Assembly (NCBI GenBank): GCA_963834935.1
Contig: CAWIDS010000001.1
Coordinates: 301,500 to 365,499, forward strand
Source of the DNA: Candidatus Nomurabacteria bacterium
Lineage (GTDB): Bacteria > Patescibacteriota > Minisyncoccia > Phycocordibacterales > CALRBL01
DNA: 64,000 bases
Direction: 5' to 3'
A program made the translations under genes and the position numbers. The notes below the pieces were generated by a model that saw only the letters and a program-made list of their open reading frames with translations, made no database searches and was not told the origin of the DNA. Numbering within the stretch: the stretch's first letter is position 1; every line of letters begins with the position of its first letter. Positions 10,076 to 19,601 of the stretch are shown here, one piece after another.

Positions 10076-11335
10076 TTAGCGTTTTCCGCGACCGCCGCCA
10101 CCCGAACGCATTTGCATGCGAGGAGCGGAGGAAGTTGCGAAACGCTGTTGCTGGATCCGCGGCGCCTGTTGCGCTTGCGAACGGAACTGCTGGACCGGAC
10201 GCGACACTTGCTGCGTCGGACGGGACAGAGCCGAACGGGCGGTTGAGGTTTGGGAACCTGACGCCCTCGTCTGGCCTGAAACGCGATTCGACGATGCCGA
10301 CTGCGTGCGGGACAAGCGCTGGACCGGATGCGGAGCAGAGCTCTGCGTGGTCTTTGCCAGAGCTGACGTCGGCTGGACAGAAGGAAGTGTGGAAGCCGAA
10401 GCTGCCACTGATTTCCAACTAGTCAGCTTGGGCGTTGTTGCAGTCGCAAGCTGGCCGTTGGCATTGTATGCCGGGGCGGAACGTGCGACGTGACTCGACT
10501 TCTTGGCGATGGCTGTTGATGCCGTCACTGCCGATGCTGCAGGCGTTGCTGCTGCCGTCGAATTGCCTGACTCGACTACATTGCCGTTCGCATCATACAC
10601 CGGTTGTCCGGACGCATGGCTGATCGTGTTGGGATCAGGCGGCGGGCAGGGTGTAGGATTCGGGCACGGAGTCGGGTTGCATACGGGAGGCGGGGAATAA
10701 TGCGGCGGGCACGGAGCCTGCTGTACTACTCTCACCGTGGTCGTGACATTATTGACATTGACGATCCGCTCACTTTGCTGGCATTGACGCTGGCGCTCAG
10801 GTTGATAGTAAGGCTGATAGTAGCCAGAATCATAGTTTGAGTTCTGGCAACTTGCAACATCCTGCAAAATGTCGCCAGCCCATCCGATAACCACCCCGAA
10901 GTCATGACCCCAATCGATGCTCCTGTTTTGGACGCATGTATCGGTAGTCGCTACAGCCGTCTGCTCCTGGCCTTCATCGGCGGCGACGAGGCGATTGCCA
11001 CAATCGTAGCGATAACAGATGTTTCCCTGCGAGTCGGTGTAATAATACCCCGGCACCAGGTTAAAGCTGCTGACGGCGGCGCGCGGCGTGTTGCCGTACT
11101 CCTCCATCAGGTAACGCTTGCCGCAACGGGAATCGCTCTCGCTGACGTAAATCTTCACGTAGCCGAGCTCTTCGATGTGACGGCGGAGCTGACTGAGAGT
11201 GCGAAGGTGGCTATCGCCCGTGTTTTTTACGCACGGGATGCCGCCAAACGTATCTTGCTGTTCCGCCGACGAAGTCGAGATGAACCCGACGAGAACTGAA
11301 ACGAAAACAAACAAACTGACAATGTGCTTTTTCAT
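10076..11335 (-). CDS. Secreted Cys-rich/Pro-rich low-complexity protein, compositionally atypical (GC-rich)
   Basis: 419 aa; signal peptide MKKHIVSLFVFVSVLVGFISTSSA; Cys-rich N-domain, PCPPHYSPPPVCNPTPCPNPTPCPPPDP stretch, Ala/Ser/Thr/Gln-rich tail ending RSGGGGRGKR; markedly higher GC than flanks. Confidence 0.7.
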   Translation of the reverse strand: MKKHIVSLFVFVSVLVGFISTSSAEQQDTFGGIPCVKNTGDSHLRTLSQLRRHIEELGYVKIYVSESDSRCGKRYLMEEYGNTPRAAVSSFNLVPGYYYTDSQGNICYRYDCGNRLVAADEGQEQTAVATTDTCVQNRSIDWGHDFGVVIGWAGDILQDVASCQNSNYDSGYYQPYYQPERQRQCQQSERIVNVNNVTTTVRVVQQAPCPPHYSPPPVCNPTPCPNPTPCPPPDPNTISHASGQPVYDANGNVVESGNSTAAATPAASAVTASTAIAKKSSHVARSAPAYNANGQLATATTPKLTSWKSVAASASTLPSVQPTSALAKTTQSSAPHPVQRLSRTQSASSNRVSGQTRASGSQTSTARSALSRPTQQVSRPVQQFRSQAQQAPRIQQQRFATSSAPRMQMRSGGGGRGKR

Positions 11336-11479
11336 GCTGACAATCCTTTCTTGGGACTTTGAGGTTCTACAGAATTTTTGTCCTTTTTGGCTGCCCTTTC
11401 CGCGTCTTGCGGGAGGGTGGCCTAATCTGGATATGCCTATATAATATCACCTTTTGTGAAAAAAGTCAATGCCCTATAA

Positions 11480-13192
11480 ATGGCTCATCTTGGCTATTTG
11501 GAGTACAATAGCGGCATGGTTCATTTCGACGAAGACGAGCAGAATAGGCACCTCCGCGACCTCAGATTGCAGGAAGAGGAGGAGCTTGCCGAAATACTCT
11601 CAAAGAAATACGGCGTGGGGTATATAAACCTCGCCCGTTCCCCTATCAGCACCGACGCTCTCGGCCTCATACATGAAGAAGAGGCTAAGATGCATGGCGT
11701 TGCGGCTTTCGCTCTTGTCGGCAAGAAAGTAAGCGTCGGAACTCTCGCTCCTGAAGATGAAACGACGAAAGACATTGTTGCTTCTCTTTCAGGCAAAGGA
11801 TACATTCCGACTCTCTATCTGGTTTCTCATGCCAGTCTCGAAAAAGCCTGGTCTCGTTACTCAGACATCACTGCTTCGAACAAAAGCAAGAAAGGTGCGC
11901 TTGATATTTCCACCGAAGAGATCGAGCAATTCCTGAAAGAGAACGAGAAGATGAGCGATGTCCGTGCCCGAATCAATGATGCGATCGTCCTTCAGACTTC
12001 GTACCGCATTTCCCGCATCCTTGTGGTCATCCTTGCCGGCGCGCTCTCATTGAAATCTTCCGACGTGCACATCGAGCCTGAAGAAAAGGAAGCGCGGGTG
12101 CGTTTTCGTCTCGACGGCGTGCTTACCGAAGTGGCTTCGTTCAACAACAGCACCTATTCCCTCCTGCTCTCGCGACTGAAGCTGCTTTCGAATCTCAAAT
12201 TGAATATAAAAGAAAACGCGCAAGACGGGCGTTTCAGCATCCATATCGAAGATGATGATATCGAGATCCGTACCTCTACCATTCCGGGCGCTTATGGCGA
12301 ATCAATCGTCATGCGTATCCTCAATCCGAAATCCTTGAATGTCTCGCTCGAGGAAATGGGAATTCCCGAACATCTTTATGAGACCTTGATGAAGGAAATC
12401 CAGAAGCCCAACGGAATGATCCTGACCACAGGACCAACAGGATCCGGAAAGACTACCACTTTGTATTCCTTCATGAAGAAAGTGATGAGCAGCGAAATAA
12501 AGATAATCACCATCGAAGATCCTATCGAATATCACCTTGCTGGAGTGACGCAGACCCAAGTGGAAGTAAAAAAAGGGTATACCTTCGCCAATGGGCTGCG
12601 TTCGGCCCTCCGTCAAGATCCTGATGTGATAATGGTTGGAGAGATCCGAGACAAGGAGACGGCAGAAATCGCCATCAACTCGGCACTTACCGGCCACTTA
12701 GTGTTTTCGACGCTCCACACCAACAATGCCGCCGGCGCTTATACCAGACTCGTCGACCTCGGCATGAATCCGAAGATTATTCCCTCAGCCTTGAATGTGG
12801 CCATCGCTCAGCGTCTCGTCAGGCGCCTCTGCAAGCAATGCGTAAAGAAAGTGCCTTTAGTTGGAGATGAGCTATCTCGGGTAAAACCCATCTTCGACAG
12901 GATAAAGGAAAGAGGCTTGCTCCAGGAAGATCTGGATATTTCCTCGCACTATCAAGCAGGGGGTTGTGAAAGTTGTCACATGACCGGATACAAAGGCCGG
13001 GTCGGCGTCTTCGAGGCAATATTCAAAAGCGAAGCGGTGGAGAATGTGGTGCGAGACAATCCAAGCGAGCGAGATATTCAGAAGGCAGCTCTCGGCCAAG
13101 GGTTCATGACTTTGGCGGAAGATGGCGTCGTAAAAATCCTTAAAGGAATAACTTCTATAGAAGAGTTGGAACGGGTAGTGGAACTGATTTAA
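11480..13192 (+). CDS. pilB: Type IV pilus assembly / type II secretion ATPase (PilB/GspE family)
   Basis: 570 aa; N-terminal T2SSE_N-like domain, Walker A GPTGSGKTTTLYS, Asp box, His box, C-terminal Cys cluster (CKQC...CESC). Confidence 0.9.
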   Translation: MAHLGYLEYNSGMVHFDEDEQNRHLRDLRLQEEEELAEILSKKYGVGYINLARSPISTDALGLIHEEEAKMHGVAAFALVGKKVSVGTLAPEDETTKDIVASLSGKGYIPTLYLVSHASLEKAWSRYSDITASNKSKKGALDISTEEIEQFLKENEKMSDVRARINDAIVLQTSYRISRILVVILAGALSLKSSDVHIEPEEKEARVRFRLDGVLTEVASFNNSTYSLLLSRLKLLSNLKLNIKENAQDGRFSIHIEDDDIEIRTSTIPGAYGESIVMRILNPKSLNVSLEEMGIPEHLYETLMKEIQKPNGMILTTGPTGSGKTTTLYSFMKKVMSSEIKIITIEDPIEYHLAGVTQTQVEVKKGYTFANGLRSALRQDPDVIMVGEIRDKETAEIAINSALTGHLVFSTLHTNNAAGAYTRLVDLGMNPKIIPSALNVAIAQRLVRRLCKQCVKKVPLVGDELSRVKPIFDRIKERGLLQEDLDISSHYQAGGCESCHMTGYKGRVGVFEAIFKSEAVENVVRDNPSERDIQKAALGQGFMTLAEDGVVKILKGITSIEELERVVELI

Positions 13193-13664
13193 GCCCACAT
13201 GCGAAGCCAGTAAGGGCGATAGCGATGGCGTCGAACTCATCATCATGCTTGATTTCCCTTTCTATCAGCACCAGTTTCCTCACCATGTCGGTCACTTGCC
13301 TCTTATCTCCCTTTCCATATCCAGAAACGGCGCTCTTCACTTGAAGAGGAGTGTATTCTCCTACCGACATTCCCTTTTTCATGGCTTCATAAAGAAGTAC
13401 TCCTCGCACCTCCGCCACCATCATGGCGGTTTTCTGGTTGTTGGTAAAAAAAAGAGTCTCAATCGAAAGGCATTCAGGAGAATAGATATTGATTATGCGT
13501 TCGACTTCCTTGCCAATCAGAAGCAATCTTTCAGGAAAAGGAATCTTAGCGGAAGTCTTGAAGCAATCTGAATAGACCACCTTCTCTTTCCTGTCTCCTT
13601 GTTTTTTTGAAAGCACGGCAATGCCAAGCCTTTCGTAGCCAGGGTCGATTCCTAAAATTATCAT
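13155..13664 (-). CDS. ruvC: Holliday junction resolvase RuvC
   Basis: 169 aa; MIILGIDPGYERLGIAVL start with catalytic Asp, conserved RuvC core. Confidence 0.9.
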   Translation of the reverse strand: MIILGIDPGYERLGIAVLSKKQGDRKEKVVYSDCFKTSAKIPFPERLLLIGKEVERIINIYSPECLSIETLFFTNNQKTAMMVAEVRGVLLYEAMKKGMSVGEYTPLQVKSAVSGYGKGDKRQVTDMVRKLVLIEREIKHDDEFDAIAIALTGFACGLKSVPLPVPTLL

Positions 13665-13680
13665 CTGCCTATTTTAGCAC

Positions 13681-14211
13681 TTAATCGGCGTTGGTATAGA
13701 CGTTCTGCACCTCGTCATTCTCTTCGAGCTCGTCCACAAGCGAGCCGAGTGTTTCGAGATCCGTGTCGGAGAGTTCAATAGTGGATTTCGGATGCCAAGC
13801 GCCTTCTTTTTTCTCGAAGGCCCAAAGCACGCTGCCAATTCCAGCAAGGGTAAAGCCGCTCTTTGAGAGAATATGTTTTATTTCAGCGGCGGCTTTGTTC
13901 CTGTTGCCCGTCATCGCTTCGATGATCACCGCTACTCCGCCTGGGCCATAGCTTTCATAGATGATGGTCTCCAATTCTTTTTCGTCAGATAAGCTTCCTT
14001 TCTTGATAGCGCGCTCGATATTGTCAGATGGCATATTCACCTCCCTTGCCTGCTTGATGGCGAATTGCAGATTGGCGGCATTCCTGTCTCCGCCAGCTTT
14101 TTTCGACTCGACGGAAATAAGCCGGGCAAGCTTGGTGAATATTTTGCTCTTCTTGGCGTCAGTGGCCTCCTTCTGCCTTTTTATCTTTGACCACTTATTG
14201 TGTCCGGACAT
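13681..14211 (-). CDS. yebC: YebC/PmpR-family transcriptional regulator (short form)
   Basis: [15 protein letters not shown]-terminus diagnostic of YebC family; classic ruvC-yebC-ruvB neighbourhood. Confidence 0.85.
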   Translation of the reverse strand: MSGHNKWSKIKRQKEATDAKKSKIFTKLARLISVESKKAGGDRNAANLQFAIKQAREVNMPSDNIERAIKKGSLSDEKELETIIYESYGPGGVAVIIEAMTGNRNKAAAEIKHILSKSGFTLAGIGSVLWAFEKKEGAWHPKSTIELSDTDLETLGSLVDELEENDEVQNVYTNAD

Positions 14212-15190
14212 GATGTTTTCCTAGATGCTTATAACCCCTTTCAGTCACTTCGCGGCCACGAGGCGTACGTTCGAGAAATCCAATCTGGAGAAGATAAGGT
14301 TCATTGAATTCTTCTATTGTCGCAGATTCTTCGCCAAGCGAAGCGGCAATGGTATTTATTCCTACCGGGCCGCCATTGAATTTGTCGATGATAGTGAGAA
14401 GAATGGCCCGATCAGCGGCTGTCATACCCATATCGTCGATTTGAAGGAGTGTTAACGATTCGTCTACCACTTCCTTGCTTAGAGGAATCTTTTTCACTTG
14501 GGCAAAATCGCGCGACCGTTTGAGGAGATAGTTCGCGGTGCGGGGTGTGCGGCGGCTTCGTTTGGCGATTTCTTCAAGAGCAGTGTCTTCTATGTCGACA
14601 CCAAGGATGCGTGCCGACCTTTTGACGATCTCTTTTATTTCTTCTTCCGAATAGAATTCCAAGCGGAATACCCCTCCTGAAAAGCGGGAACGGAGTGGTG
14701 ATGAGATGAGGGCGATCCGCGTGGTGGCAGCAATCAAAGTGAAGGCTGGAAGCTCGAGTTGGATGCTCCTTGCAGACGGTCCTTTTCCTATGATAATATC
14801 GAGAACCCCTGATTCCATAGCTGGGTAAAGGACTTCTTCGATCGATTTGTTCAGGCGGTGGATCTCATCAATGAAGAGGATGTCTCCAGGAGACAGATTG
14901 GTAAGAAGAGAGGCAAGATCACCTACCCGTTCGATAGCAGGGCCTGAGGTGATCTTTATAGCTGCTCCAGTCTCTTTTGAAATTAGATGAGCGAGAGTGG
15001 TCTTTCCAAGTCCAGGCGGACCGTAGAAAAGGATATGCTCGGGTGGATGCGCCCTTTCCTTGGCTGCGGTCAGCAATATATGCAGATTTTGCTTAATATT
15101 TTTCTGTCCCACGTATTCTTCCCATTTCTCAGGACGGAGCGTGTGGTCAAGGTGTATTTCGTCTTTAAGAGGTGGTGTGTTGACAGACAT
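14195..15190 (-). CDS. ruvB: Holliday junction branch-migration ATPase RuvB
   Basis: 331 aa; [12 protein letters not shown]..., Walker [12 protein letters not shown], winged-helix C-terminus. Confidence 0.95.
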   Translation of the reverse strand: MSVNTPPLKDEIHLDHTLRPEKWEEYVGQKNIKQNLHILLTAAKERAHPPEHILFYGPPGLGKTTLAHLISKETGAAIKITSGPAIERVGDLASLLTNLSPGDILFIDEIHRLNKSIEEVLYPAMESGVLDIIIGKGPSARSIQLELPAFTLIAATTRIALISSPLRSRFSGGVFRLEFYSEEEIKEIVKRSARILGVDIEDTALEEIAKRSRRTPRTANYLLKRSRDFAQVKKIPLSKEVVDESLTLLQIDDMGMTAADRAILLTIIDKFNGGPVGINTIAASLGEESATIEEFNEPYLLQIGFLERTPRGREVTERGYKHLGKHHVRTQ

Positions 15191-15250
15191 ACTCTTTTGT
15201 GCTAAGATAGTAGCGAAAGGGTGGTAACTTACATTCTACAAATTTCTCTC

Positions 15251-15420
15251 TCGACACGATAAATCTCTAAGCAATTATATTGCCTCGGCAATGTATTGGT
15301 GTTTTTTGAAGGACATTCTGGTTAATACCTTGTGTATTCTGCTGGGGTTATCCTGAAAACCGCATCTCACTTTTTAATCACATTAAAAGCATTGCTTAGA
15401 GATTTATATTGTCGATAGTA
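15251..15420. repeat. MITE-like / structured element bounded by 17-bp perfect inverted repeats (ATAAATCTCTAAGCAAT ... ATTGCTTAGAGATTTAT)
   Basis: Arms at 15259-15275 and 15391-15407, extended imperfectly to ~25 bp (TCGACA..); inner hairpin ATTGCC-TC-GGCAAT; lies in ruvB/PBP1A intergenic region. Confidence 0.5.
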
Positions 15421-15548
15421 GGTGCTCCTGACTGAAGCATATTCTTATAAAACCACCCCGTCAATTGACAGCGGGCTCTATTCCCTTGCACAAAAAATAT
15501 CTTATGATACAAATAATAAAAAATTAATTTTTATTATTCAAAAAACGT

Positions 15549-15758
15549 ATGATTGATGAATTCGATAAGGATGAAGACAAGGAAGCCGAGGAAGAATTTG
15601 ATCCTGCAAAGATAAAGGAAATACTGTCGGAAGACCCGCTTGACGAGCCTGACACTTTGGATGAATTTGAAAGCGATATGCCTGTTACCGATGAAGAGGA
15701 AGAAGGGGGTTATAGCTTATATTCCGGCGAGGAAGACATTAGTCAATTCTCATACTAA
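15549..15758 (+). CDS. Hypothetical small highly acidic protein (69 aa, ~45% D/E)
   Basis: ORF immediately upstream of PBP1A; composition-biased, no family. Confidence 0.3.
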   Translation: MIDEFDKDEDKEAEEEFDPAKIKEILSEDPLDEPDTLDEFESDMPVTDEEEEGGYSLYSGEEDISQFSY

Positions 15759-15784
15759 AGGCTCTCATTCTGTGGTAATATAAC

Positions 15785-17992
15785 GTGATGAACTTTCGGA
15801 AAGTGGTCAAACAAGAGCTTTCATACCTAGCTAAGCTTCCGCTTCGTTTCTATAATTATCTTTTAAGGGAAAAAGGTCTTATAAAGAACATGATTATCGT
15901 GTTGATGATCGTGTTCATTATCTGCGGTGGAATATTCATCTTGTGGGCAGCAAACTTGAAGACTCCGGATTTGAATTCGTTTGATTCGCGTCTAGCGGGA
16001 GTATCAACCAAGATTTACGATCGGACTGGAACCGTCCTCTTGTATGACGTCAACCAGCAAGTGAGGAGGACGGTCGTTCCCTTCGATGCTATCTCTCCTT
16101 ATCTTAAGGATGCTACCATTTCCATCGAGGATGAAGGTTTCTATAAGCATGACGGCATCCAAATAACTTCTATTATAAGAGCATTTTTCATTGACCTAGC
16201 CACTTTGCGCTTTGATCAAGGTGGATCGACCATCACTCAGCAGGTTATCAAGAACTCTCTTCTTACTTCCGACAAGACCATTTCGCGAAAACTGAAGGAG
16301 TGGGTGCTTGCTATAAAGCTTGAGCGCACCGCAAGTAAGGATTTCATCCTTAACCTTTATTTGAATCAGACTCCTTATGGAGGAAATATTTATGGAGTTG
16401 AGGAAGCAAGCAAAGCTTTCTTCGGAAAAAGCTCTGCTGACGTGGATATTGCCGAGGCAGCTTATATTGCCGCTGTCGCCCAGGCTCCAACCTACTATTC
16501 TCCATTCGGAAGCCATGTCGCTGATCTAGAACAAAGAAAGAATCTCGTGCTTAAAAAGATGTATTCGAATGGATATATAACAGAAGACCAGTATACGAGC
16601 GCAAAAAATGAAAAAGTTCAGTTCGAGCCTAAGGCTACCTCTTCGCTCAAGGCTCCCCACTTCGTGATGTTTATCTTGGACTATCTGGATAAGAAATATG
16701 GCGAGGATGCTGTCGATAGCGGAGGTTTGAAAGTAATAACTACTCTTGATTATAATATGGAATCGCAAGCTGAAGATATAGTTAAGAATTACGTGGAAAC
16801 GAATCAAAAGAAATTAGGGGCAGAAAATGGCGCTTTGGTAGCTATCGACCCCAAGAGCGGACAAATCCTTACTATGGTAGGTTCCCGCGACTATTTCGAT
16901 AATACGATTCAAGGAAACTTCAATGTGGCTACTGCGCACCGCCAGCCAGGATCTTCTTTCAAGATATTCACTTATGCCACCGCATTCAACGAAGGATATA
17001 CTCCTGATACCATCCTATTTGATACCAAAACGGAATTCAATACCTCTTGCAGCCCTGACGGAATTCCCCTTTCTTCAAACGTTACCTGTTATCACCCCAC
17101 CAACTACGAAGGGGGATATAAAGGCCCGATGACCATGCGCCAAGCATTAGCACAATCGCGAAACATCCCAGCAGTAAAAACCCTCTACCTAGCCGGAATA
17201 GAACAAACACTTGATACAGCAAAAGCTTTCGGTATACAGGGATTAGGTGAAGCTAATGATTATGGTTTGTCTCTTACCTTAGGAAGCGCGGAGGTGTCTT
17301 TACTCGATATGACAAGCGCTTATGGAACTTTTGGAAATAATGGATATCGAAACCCTTATACGGGAATCCTGAGCGTTCAAGACAAAAATGGAAATACCCT
17401 TGAACAATTTGCCACATCTACTCAGCAGGTCTACCCATTGCAGCCCGTGCTTGAAATCAATGATGTCCTTTCGGATGCTGTAGCTCGAAATGCCATATTT
17501 AAACTTAATTACATACAAGGAAGGAAAGTTGCATTGAAGACTGGTACAACAAACGACTCTCGCGATGCTTGGATAATCGGCTACACACCGAATATATCCG
17601 TCGGAGTATGGATGGGTAATAATGACAACCATCCTATGGCACAGATAGCCTCTGCGTTGATCGTAGGGCCTTTGTGGCAGCAATTCATGAACGATGTAGC
17701 TCTCAAGAACCTTCCTGTCGAGAACTTTACACCACCCCAACCTGTTGACCAGACCATAAAGCCGGTCTTGAGAGGAGTGCTGGATACGACAAACTTGCAC
17801 GATATCCTTTATTATGTGAATAGAGATGATCCTTTGGGCCCAGTTCCAACAAATCCGACAGATGATCCTGAATACGTCAATTGGGAATATGGCGTGCAGA
17901 ATTGGGCGGCCTCAAATGGATATAATATTACTCCTCCATACGTTCCCCCTTCTGCATCCGTTTCTACTACAACAAGCACGACGACTTATTAG
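15785..17992 (+). CDS. mrcA: Class A penicillin-binding protein 1A (bifunctional glycosyltransferase/transpeptidase)
   Basis: 735 aa; N-terminal TM, GT51 motifs (EDEGFYKHDGI, GGSTITQQVIKN), transpeptidase SxxK (PGSSFK), SxN, KTGTT. Confidence 0.9.
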   Translation: MMNFRKVVKQELSYLAKLPLRFYNYLLREKGLIKNMIIVLMIVFIICGGIFILWAANLKTPDLNSFDSRLAGVSTKIYDRTGTVLLYDVNQQVRRTVVPFDAISPYLKDATISIEDEGFYKHDGIQITSIIRAFFIDLATLRFDQGGSTITQQVIKNSLLTSDKTISRKLKEWVLAIKLERTASKDFILNLYLNQTPYGGNIYGVEEASKAFFGKSSADVDIAEAAYIAAVAQAPTYYSPFGSHVADLEQRKNLVLKKMYSNGYITEDQYTSAKNEKVQFEPKATSSLKAPHFVMFILDYLDKKYGEDAVDSGGLKVITTLDYNMESQAEDIVKNYVETNQKKLGAENGALVAIDPKSGQILTMVGSRDYFDNTIQGNFNVATAHRQPGSSFKIFTYATAFNEGYTPDTILFDTKTEFNTSCSPDGIPLSSNVTCYHPTNYEGGYKGPMTMRQALAQSRNIPAVKTLYLAGIEQTLDTAKAFGIQGLGEANDYGLSLTLGSAEVSLLDMTSAYGTFGNNGYRNPYTGILSVQDKNGNTLEQFATSTQQVYPLQPVLEINDVLSDAVARNAIFKLNYIQGRKVALKTGTTNDSRDAWIIGYTPNISVGVWMGNNDNHPMAQIASALIVGPLWQQFMNDVALKNLPVENFTPPQPVDQTIKPVLRGVLDTTNLHDILYYVNRDDPLGPVPTNPTDDPEYVNWEYGVQNWAASNGYNITPPYVPPSASVSTTTSTTTY

Positions 17993-18243
17993 GAGATATC
18001 TATCACTCGGCTTTCAGGAAGCTCTTTCTGTATCCTTTGTATAATAATCTCTTTTTTCATATATATGCTGTTTTTGATGATAGAGCTTACGGAAAAGATT
18101 ATCCTTCCTTTAGAAAAGGTGACATTTTCTTCAGACAAAGGAAATCCCAACTCTTCAGAAACTATTTTTTTTATTGAAAAAATAAGATCGTTAGGATTTT
18201 TTAAATCTTTGAATTTCTCAAGATAGATGGAGAGATTGAACAT
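17989..18243 (-). CDS. Hypothetical small protein downstream of dnaN (DUF721-like position)
   Basis: 84 aa ORF in conserved dnaA-dnaN downstream slot; weak. Confidence 0.35.
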   Translation of the reverse strand: MFNLSIYLEKFKDLKNPNDLIFSIKKIVSEELGFPLSEENVTFSKGRIIFSVSSIIKNSIYMKKEIIIQRIQKELPESRVIDIS

Positions 18244-18261
18244 CTTCTTATTTATTCCGAA

Positions 18262-19365
18262 CTACTTATTCATAGGCATGACAAGGTAAAAAAAGCTTTT
18301 ATTCCCGACTCCTTTTATGATAAGGGGTTTATTCAAGCCATCAAAAAGCAAGGAAACACTGTCGGAATCTATGGATTGGAAGCAATCAAAAATATTCTTG
18401 TAGTTGAAGCTTATTTGCAAATCTTCTCCCTCAAGAGATCCTGAAAGGAGGGTAACATTCTCACCAACATCGGTATTTTTGGTCTTTATTTCCATTTTCT
18501 TGTAAGTAGGGGAAACGGAAACCACCACCCTATTGAACGAATCTGAAAAAACATGAGCTAGTTTGAGTGCGTTGAGAAAATCTTGTTTCAATACCACTGC
18601 TTCAGTCTTTGATTCCTTGGGAATAATCTGCTTATATGAAGGGAAATTACCCTCAACTACCCTTGAAATGAGATAGAAATCATCAGAAGTGAAGGAAATC
18701 TGGTTTTTATCCAGACAAACCTTTATTTCCTCATCTTTTTCCTCAAGAATGCGGCAGATATCGGAAATATTCTTAGAAGGGATTAATATTTGATCAAAAT
18801 CAAGCTTTTCTTTAGTTTCTATCTTTTTTTCAGCAAGACGGAAGGAGTCAGTAGCTACAAAAACAAGGTTCTTGTCCTCGGGATAAATATAAACACTTGA
18901 AAGCTCGGGTTTGATTGTTGATATAGAGGCACAATAAGCGACAGAACGGAGCCCTTTGCAAAAGTCCTTGGAATTGATAGAAAACTCCTTACCGGCGTTT
19001 ATACGAGGTATGAGGGGAAACTCTTCAGAGGCTTGCAGCTTGATAGAAGATGATGATTTGTCGGACGAAACCATTAAAAGATCGTCTTTTCTTTCAAATT
19101 TAAGGCTCTTTTCCTTATCAAGGTTTGAAACGAAATTGCCTAAAGTCTGAGCAAGGACCACGGCCACACCCTCCTTTTCCAATTTTACAGGTATGGATAT
19201 CTCTATTCCTAGATCAAGGTTGGTTGATTTGATGATAAGTGAAGAATCCTTACCTTCCAAATAGACGCATTTCAGAATCTGATTAGATATAGAGCCCTTT
19301 CCTGCTATTTTTTCAGCTTTGGAAAAGGCTTGAGAGAAGCGATCTTTAACTGATTCGAATTTCAT
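18262..19365 (-). CDS. dnaN: DNA polymerase III beta subunit (sliding clamp)
   Basis: 367 aa, three-domain clamp architecture, directly downstream of dnaA. Confidence 0.9.
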   Translation of the reverse strand: MKFESVKDRFSQAFSKAEKIAGKGSISNQILKCVYLEGKDSSLIIKSTNLDLGIEISIPVKLEKEGVAVVLAQTLGNFVSNLDKEKSLKFERKDDLLMVSSDKSSSSIKLQASEEFPLIPRINAGKEFSINSKDFCKGLRSVAYCASISTIKPELSSVYIYPEDKNLVFVATDSFRLAEKKIETKEKLDFDQILIPSKNISDICRILEEKDEEIKVCLDKNQISFTSDDFYLISRVVEGNFPSYKQIIPKESKTEAVVLKQDFLNALKLAHVFSDSFNRVVVSVSPTYKKMEIKTKNTDVGENVTLLSGSLEGEDLQISFNYKNIFDCFQSIDSDSVSLLFDGLNKPLIIKGVGNKSFFYLVMPMNK

Positions 19366-19601
19366 AGACGGAGTATACTATTAATAATTTTTTTTTGCTA
19401 TATAAAAGAGATATTTAATACTTAGGAATGTGGATAGGTGGAAAATTCATTTTATGCTTAAGAAATAAAGATTAAATAAAGTTTTATTGAATTATTCCTA
19501 TGGAAAAAATGTGGAGTAAAAAGAATAACTTTCAAATAAGGTCTGATAAGTGAAAAGTTATTCACACAACTAACAATTCATCCACACCTTTTACACAGTT
19601 T
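19366..19601. other. Candidate oriC (AT-rich dnaA-dnaN spacer with DnaA-box-like 9-mers)
   Basis: TGTGGATAG (19429-19437), TTATTCACA (19558-19566), TCATCCACA (19578-19586), each 1 mismatch from TTATCCACA; flanking poly-T/AT-rich tracts. Confidence 0.55.

Noticed and set aside
9999-10418. N-terminal 140-aa extension of the tsaE ORF (and plus-strand ORFs 10034..10493)
   Set aside because: These are artefacts of open frames in the GC-rich antisense of gene 10076..11335. TsaE begins at the internal ATG at 9998.
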